Below are positions 57,250-64,000 of a stretch of 64,000 bases of DNA, in pieces. This DNA comes from the human T2T-CHM13v2.0 reference genome, Homo sapiens: NCBI RefSeq assembly GCF_009914755.1, contig NC_060927.1. One strand, 5' to 3'. The notes beneath the pieces are model-generated. The model made no database searches and was not told where the DNA came from. It saw only the letters and a list, made by a program, of their open reading frames with translations. Both the position numbers and the translations under genes were made by a program. Positions within the stretch are counted from its first letter, which is position 1, and each line of letters starts with the position of its first letter.

Positions 57250-57527
57250 ATGGGGAAGGGGAATCAATGGTTAAATGCCTCAGCTTCCCATCCTTGGGAC
57301 AAACAGAGGTGGACAATTCTCTGACTTTCAGGAAGTCCCAGTGGAATTGAGCTTCTGTTACCCACAATGGCTACTTCAACAACACTCCCTTACATTGGCT
57401 TTGCCTCCTTCTCTGACTCACTCCCCTAGTCCCTCACTCCTGTTCTCTGGAATCACCTCTTAAGTAAATCACCTTCCCATAAATCCTTGTTTCAAGCTCT
57501 CCTTTTGAAAAACCAAAACTAAGACAC
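57250..57527 (+). mobile_element. LTR16-family LTR, 3' part
   Basis: taaatgcctcagcttccc...cccagtggaattgagc...tctggaatcacctcttaagtaaa...aaatccttgtttcaagctct...aactaagaca. Confidence 0.7.
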
Positions 57528-57589
57528 ATAATAATCTTAGATGTAACCTTGGTCAATTTGGACATTTCCCTTCACCTCTCCTCTCTGAA

Positions 57590-57933
57590 TGCTGTGGACT
57601 GAATTGTGGCTCTTCTAAATTCATATGTTGAAGCCGTAACCCTCAATGTGGCTGTATTTGGAGATAGAGCTTATGAAGAGTATACAAAAGACACCAGATT
57701 TCTCCCTCTCTCTTTCTTTCTACTTTCCCTCTTCATTTTCCTTTTCTCTCCCTCTGTCTCTTTCCCTACCATGTGAGGACAGGGTGAGAAGGTGGCCATC
57801 TGCAAGCACCCCCTCCAACCATTCAAAAAAAAAAAAAGGAGCCTATACCAGACACCAAATCAGCTGGCTCCTTGATTGTGGACTTGTAGCCTCCAGAACT
57901 GAGAAAATAAATTTCTGTTGCTTAAGCCACCCA

Positions 57934-57980
<47 letters not shown>

Positions 57981-58008
57981 GTTATGGCAGCTCAAGCAGA
58001 TGAATACA
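57590..58008 (+). mobile_element. MLT1A/B MaLR LTR containing a (TG)~21 microsatellite (57937-57978)
   Basis: tgctgtggactgaattgtg...aaattcatatgttgaagcc...gcctccagaactgagaaaataaatttctgttgcttaagccacccagtctgtg...ttgttatggcagc...aataca. Confidence 0.88.
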
Positions 58009-58579
58009 CTGAAGAAGCATTTATGATTTTATGGGCTTCAAAGTATGTGACTCTAGATGGGGAATCTGTAACTTGTCTGGCATCTGGTTTTTTGCTGGCA
58101 TCCACTGCAATGGTCTCAGCTGCTTTGTTCTCAGCCATCACTACCCTCCACTTGCACTTCTGCTGAAATATTCACATTTCCAGTGACCTTGGCTGTCAGT
58201 TTTTGAACTGTTTACTTCTCCTCATGATGCTGTGCCTTCTCTTATCCACTTTTCTATCCTTTGTGTATTTTTATGTGCTTCCTGAAATCACCTTCTAACA
58301 TCATTTTTACTCTACTTTTGTTACTGTTCCAAGCTAGTGAGAGGTGGGGAGACTCAAGGTCTTTGTTTGTGTTCAAGAACCCTTTGAGGGACTTGAACAC
58401 AGATTCTTTCTTCCCTTGGGCCCTAAGACATGTGGGGGATTAATCATTCCTCTTCACGTTGGACTTGGCCAGTGGGGGACAAGGGAAGGGGCCCCTTCTC
58501 AAAGAGCCACACGAGTATCTCATGCCCTTACTTCTCCTCTGCCTCTGCCTTTTACTGCCTTCCCTTAACTCTCAAGCAT

Positions 58580-59065
58580 ATTACAGCAGGCATGGTTGAT
58601 GCCCTGCCCTATATTGGCTCATTCTCTTGCCCACCTGAGCTGCATCTGTAGCCAATTTCTGGCACTCTGCCAGTTTTCCACCTACCATGCCAGCACCTAT
58701 GTCATTATCTTCCTCTGCTTGAGGACTTTTTTGGTATTATGAAAGAGCTTGCTCAGCTGTGCAGGTACACCTCGAATTACATGGTATTGACATCCCTGTG
58801 GGTGCTGTTTGCCAGTGGGTGATGGGATTTGAGGGATAAATGCCCCAGCCTCCTTGTCCCCAATAGAAGGATTTTGAGGTTGCTTCACACTATTGCTCAG
58901 AGAATTCCCTATAAGATTTAGCCCCAGTTGCCCACATGGTAACTAGTTATTTAACATGCCATTTATTGGATTTCCTCCTTCCCTATCTCACTTCCCACTT
59001 GTGTTTCTTGGAGTCACTTCATAAATAAACTACCTACACCCAAATCATTGTTTCAGAGAGAACAA
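58580..59065 (+). mobile_element. LTR16-family LTR
   Basis: gggataaatgccccagcctcc...gccccagttgccca...tttattggatttcctccttccctatctcacttccc...aaataaactacct. Confidence 0.72.
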
Positions 59066-59237
59066 AAATATCTTCCATGTGGGGTAAAATTCTTTTTGAT
59101 TGTATTCTTTAATGCCTTGCTATGATATCTGACCTATAAACTTAAATGCCAAGTATTTTCTACAAATGGAACCAAAAGGTCAAAGGCTGCAGGTTAAAGG
59201 AAGTGAAGAAAATAAAAAATTCCTCTTATCATATTTA

Positions 59238-59778
59238 TAGTAGTCCCGTCTTACCCATAGTTTAACTTTCTAAGATTTTAATTACCTGTGAACAACCATG
59301 GTCTGAAAATATTAAATGAAAATTTTCATAAACAATTGATGAGTTTTAAATTGGACATCATTCTGAGTAGCATGATGGAACCTCACGCTGTCCCACTTTG
59401 TCCCGCCTTGGACGAGAATCATCCCTTTGTCCAGGGTAACCATTGCTGTATATACTACCTGCCCGCTAGTCACTTAGTAGCTGAGTTCTTTATCAGATTG
59501 ATGGATCATAAGAAGAAGGGTGAGCACAGGCCAATAAAACATCTTGAGACAGAGAGAGAGAATGGAGACATTCACATGACTTTTATTACAGTACATTGCC
59601 ATAATTATTCTACTTTAGGTTGTCAATCTCTTACTGTGCCTAATTTATAAGTTAAACTTTATCATAGACTTATATGTATAGGAAAAAACTGTATATATAG
59701 TGTTCTGCACTATCTGTGGTTTCAGGCATTCACTGGGGGTCTTAGAACATATCCCCTGTGGATAAGGGGGGACTATTG
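59238..59778. mobile_element. MER44-type (Tigger7-derived) MITE
   Basis: TIRs (t)agtagtcccgtctta / gataaggggggactattg with TA flanks; internal gaatcatccctttgtccag, agtcacttagtagc, ggtttcaggcattcactgggggtctt. Confidence 0.87.
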
Positions 59779-60444
59779 TATCTGTCAACCAGGGCAGTCT
59801 TCCAGATAAAGAAAAGCTATTCTTGGTTAAGGGGGTCTGTGTAGTCATGCCCCACCTGGTACTGCTACTTTGGCATAGCAACCAAACACACTGGGAATTT
59901 TTAGCCCATCTGTCATCCTTTGCCATGAGGAGCTATTCTCTGGTTATATCTGCCTTTGCAAATAGGCCAACAGCAGGTATCCCTGAGGTATACAGAGACC
60001 TCTCCCTAGGTAGCTGCTACTGAATGCAGATGTGGGCATTTGAGCAGCCAACAAGCTACTGTAAACAGGTGTCAGACTTAACCATTCAAGGAAGATTGAT
60101 TTTATTGTTGGCTGGGTTTATGACTGGGGAATATGCTTCACTGACCTGCTTTTGATTAAGTCAGAGACATGCTAAGGATGTTTGCTTGTCAAATGGTTTG
60201 AGGTTTGTGATAAACAATGAACGTTAGGCAAAGAAATCAGCACTTTCTGTGAACAGCCTACATCTTTGAGGCATTAACATGTATCAAGGTCATTCACACT
60301 ACCTTGAATAACTGTTTCAGTGAAAAAAAAAACAATATCAATTGCGATGAAACGGTGGCATATAACCTAGAGATATAGGTCATTCCTTTAAAAAATAGCT
60401 TGCTTTTATCATGTAGAACAGATGAGTAAAGAAGGTTTTGGGGG

Positions 60445-61291
60445 GTGTTTTTGGTTGGGTTCTCTCAGAAACAAACCTGAGAAAAGGATTTGAATACACA
60501 TAGTTTATTTAGGAAGCACAGGCAGGGAGTGGGGAAGTGAGGCCGGGAAAGGAAGGAATCCAATAAGTGGTAAGATATTGAGCACGCTATCACCCTGGGA
60601 AATAGGGTATTCTGGGACATGATCTAGACCATGCCTTAGAGTCATCTGCTCGCCAGCCCCAACCCTAAGAGGTGGAGATGCTGGGGTATTTATTATCCAA
60701 CTCTTCTGTGTCATTGACTGAAGCTTGCTTGCTGAGGAATTGTGGAGGACATATGAGATGCCACCCAGGTTCCCCTTTAAGGAAGGACCTGTTGCCCAGC
60801 TAGTGGGGTTGCTGTAAGAGGACAACTTTCAAATGTCAGTCCACTCAGTAATTGCCCCAGCTGAAGAGAACCTCCTTGTCAAGATCATGCCCTCACTGGT
60901 AGCTCACATTCCATAGATGGATTAAAGTGGGTGTATAATGGCCTGGGCATTTCAGACCAACTGAGACAATTCTTAACTCGAGAGCTCCCCATAGGGTTGG
61001 CCAAGACTGTCATGGGGCCTGGAACACAACATGATTTTTCTCGCTGCCCTATCCTGTTTCCTTCCATTCTCTTTCATGGGTGTCAATACCAAGGGAACTC
61101 TTTCACAAACACCCTGCACACTGAACTGTATCTGAAAGTCTGCTCCCTGGAGAACCCAATCTGTGTTAATCAGGCATTAATTCCCTGATTTCTGGACTTG
61201 TGTTCATGCAGAATCGCAGCATTTTCAGTAGAAGATTTGGATATAGGCCAAGACGGTGAGTGCTGAGGGCAGGGCATGCAGGGTCTGCTAC
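60445..61291 (-). mobile_element. LTR16-family LTR, apparently interrupted by a second LTR16
   Basis: gggttctctcagaaacaaacctgagaaaaggatttgaatac...gtttattt...gggagtggggaagtgagg...gctggggtatttat; resumes ~61170 and ends ggtctgctaca. Confidence 0.6.
60741..61165 (+). mobile_element. LTR16A-like LTR
   Basis: tgtggagga...aattgccccagctgaagagaac...gagctccccatagggttggcc...ctgaaagtctgctccctggagaacccaa; parallels the copy at 26.8 kb. Confidence 0.72.
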
Positions 61292-61609
61292 AGTAGTGTT
61301 GGGATGGTTGTTATTTCTTTGGATTGATCAAGAGAAGTGAGATCAAATGAGGGCAATGAGAAGCAAGGGGTGGAATGAACAGTGGGACAACTGGGAAGGG
61401 GGATTGCTGAGGTGTGGTTTGGTATCCAATATGATGGTAGTGGATTCAGAGCCCCAAGACATGAGTGCGAGGGCAGGTGGGCTAGCAGATGGATGTGGGG
61501 AGGGTGTGATCTGAAATTAAAATCAAAGATAACCCAGAACAGCCGAAAGCAAGGCAATAAGACCAGTGGGCATTTTGCGAATTAGCTGCTATTATTATTT
61601 TTCTCTCTC

Positions 61610-62520
61610 ACTATTAAATCACTTGGCAAATCCTGCTAATTCTGTGTTCCAGTGTCCTGAAACTTGTTTAGTTCTCTCTGTCCCTATGGCTTCCCGTCTA
61701 ATTTGAGCCTCTTTTATTTCATTTTTTCAACTGGATCCTCATAATGGTTTTCAGGTGGGCTTCTTTCTGGTCATGTCCTTCTCACATTTTCTCTCAGCAA
61801 TGCAACCGAAATGACCATGTTGCTTAAGTGAATATTTGATGATTACAGTCCTGCTAGCTTATGAGCTTCAGTGGCTCCCTATTGTTTCTGGAATAAGGTC
61901 CAGACTTTTCAATGTGGCTCCCAAGGCCTTACTCAGTCTGGTCCTTTTCTGCCCTTCCACATCTTCTTCCTCCTCTTCAGACATAACTGCATTGGTTTCT
62001 GTTCCATCATTTCTCCAGCATCACACCTTTGTACACACTGTTTCTCCTTCAAAATATTTCTTATGTCCATCTCTCATGTTCCATATTCCTGTGTGCAGCC
62101 CACAGCAGGGACCTGCTGCCTCACACCTGGAATAATCATCGAGTTTTAAAATTCAGGAGCATCTGCGAGTTGCTCTATTCTGACTGTTTCATTTTATTAA
62201 CAGAGACACCAAGACCCAGAAGAGTAAAATGACATCTCAGGTCACAGCATTAGTGACACAGCTGTGAATGCGACTCTTGTCCTTGACTTCAAGGCATGAT
62301 TCTTTCCACCTCCTCACCTCCAGGCTGCCCTTACTGATATTGTTCTCTTCCATCTCATCTTTGTTTCACGCTGAGTCCAGTTACCTCTTTTTTTAAGCAC
62401 CATTTTGATGAGGTTACTCCTCTGCTCAGAAAGTCACTATGGCTCCTCCTGCCTCTAATATCAACTCTAGAATACGACTGGTTTTCAAGAGGCTGCGTAG
62501 TCTGCCTCTATCTTCTCCAT
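61610..62520 (+). mobile_element. L2 fragments with an intervening MIR
   Basis: cttcagtggctccctattgtttctggaataaggtccagact, caaggcctt, ttactcctctgctcagaa; MIR-like cattttattaacagagacaccaagacccagaagagtaaaatgac. Confidence 0.55.
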
Positions 62521-62567
62521 TCATTTCCGAGAAGTTACCATCTATGGAAGTCAGACAAATCATTTCT

Positions 62568-62742
62568 ATTATTTTGTTAAATCTAAGTTGTCATCAATTA
62601 TAAAATGGACTGTTATTCTATCATCTAAGGTAGAGAAAATAATGCCAATTAAGTTCAAATATACCATTGCTTAAAATACTGACTCCAATTTCAGAGACAT
62701 AAAATGTGAAAATATGTGAATCTCAGTATTAATGCAATATTT
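62568..62742. mobile_element. MER104-like (TcMar-Tc2) MITE
   Basis: aatctaagttgtcatcaattataa...tgccaattaag...aatttcagagacataaaatgtgaaaatatgtgaatctcag. Confidence 0.6.
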
Positions 62743-63271
62743 TCTATCTTAAAAACTATTAGTTGGCTCAAATTTCACCTGCTACATAAAACTCGCCATG
62801 ACTAACTGTGGCCATATTTTCTGAATTCCTGTGGAACCTATTATCAGCCCATTACCCATTTCCCAACTGCCAATTTTCTTCTTTCTCCTTCCTCCATTTC
62901 ACAAGTGATCATTGAGTGCCTTCTGTGTGCCTGGCACTGGGCATATGATGATGAAGAGCATCACATTCCTGCCCTTATGGTCTTTTTATGAGGAAGTAAG
63001 GAAATGTGTAAGTAAGTAATCACAAACCAAAAAAGCTATGAAGGAAATAATACTGACCCTAGACAATAAAGAAAAGGTGGCAGAGAGAAATCTATTCAGG
63101 TGAATATCTTACACCTAAACCTCCCCCTGTCTTCACATATCCACCTTTGTTTTTAAAACCCAGCACACATCTTTATCTTCCATCAAATATTTAACTCATT
63201 TTCTCCCATGTACTTTTCTACTTTACAGCCTCAAAAAATCACTCTCTCCTCTAGCCTTGTGTCTTTTCTTC

Positions 63272-63815
63272 AGAGAGAGCATAGCGTGGTGTTGATAGCA
63301 TAAACTTTTACAGCCAGTCTCCCTGGGTTCAAATCTCAGCTCCGTCATTTATTGGCGATGTGACCTTGGGTGAATTACTTAATTTCTCTATGCCCTAATT
63401 TCCCCACCTTTAAAATAAAGATAACACTATCAACACCCTTGTGGCATTGCTGTAGGGATTAAAGGAAGAATCATGGAAAGTGTTTAGAATAATGCTGGGC
63501 ATGTAGAAAGCATTAGAAGGATGAGTATGTCTAACCCAATCATACTTGATTTTGTCCATGTTCTATCTTCTCTTTTAGACTCTAAGGTAGGCATGGTTAA
63601 GAACAAGAAATTTGGGGTCTGAGTAGGAGGAGATGAGATCCTCGTTGGACAGCTTTTCCAGACACATGAGCTTGGCTACATAGCCTTTTTGCATCTGTTT
63701 CTCTGCCATGTAAATAATAGTTGTAGTGCCTACATTTTGGGGTTATTTAGAAGGGTAAATAAAATACGTATGCAAAATGCCTGCTACATGATCAGCTCTC
63801 ACTGGAGCTTGCTAT
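63272..63815 (+). mobile_element. Two MIR copies (~63272-63515 and ~63585-63815)
   Basis: gcatagcgtggtg...cctgggttcaaatctcagctc...tgtgaccttgggtgaattacttaatttctctatgcc; the second copy is more diverged. Confidence 0.72.
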
Positions 63816-64000
63816 CATTCTTACCTCAAGACAGGAAGGGCAGAGTCCATCTTATTATCTGTGTGTCCTCCTATACCCTCAGAACTCACTATCCATGATG
63901 TCAGTGATATTAGTGAAATGTTTCACAACAACTTGTATGAAAGAGCCAGTGAGTAAGCAAACGTGTTTCCACTAGAGACCTCATCATGGAGACCAGTATC

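Overview
AT-rich, CpG-depleted primate genomic DNA, most likely human or ape (AluY, L1PA7-type LINE-1 and LTR9 are present). It reads as gene-poor intergenic or deep intronic sequence. I found no convincing cellular coding exon, RNA gene, CpG island or CRISPR array, and I cannot name the locus. Roughly half or more of the window is transposon debris. The main elements are a full-length dead L1PA7-like LINE-1 with target-site duplication (17.9-24.3 kb), a twin-primed 5'-inverted older L1PA inserted into a MER5A (3.66-8.03 kb), an internally deleted Tigger1 carrying an AluY, and an LTR9 solo LTR carrying an AluY. There are also eight Alu/FLAM copies, many MaLR/ERVL LTRs (MST, THE1/MSTA, MLT1, MLT2, LTR16, LTR33), a long L2, MIRs, and hAT/TcMar MITEs. 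The longer ORFs in the track come from these repeats. I see no evidence for a new multi-gene biological system. The best leads are small: three TGCTGACA motifs phased exactly 20 bp apart at the window start; a ~53-bp non-repeat segment apparently copied 2.5 kb into a MIR; a CpG-retaining, coding-like segment at 15.9-16.3 kb that I cannot assign; an OCT/KLF-motif LTR9; and several repeat-free motif-dense islands that may be conserved enhancers. Repeat subfamily names come from my recall of consensus sequences, and boundaries without a quoted TSD or TIR are approximate (tens of bp).
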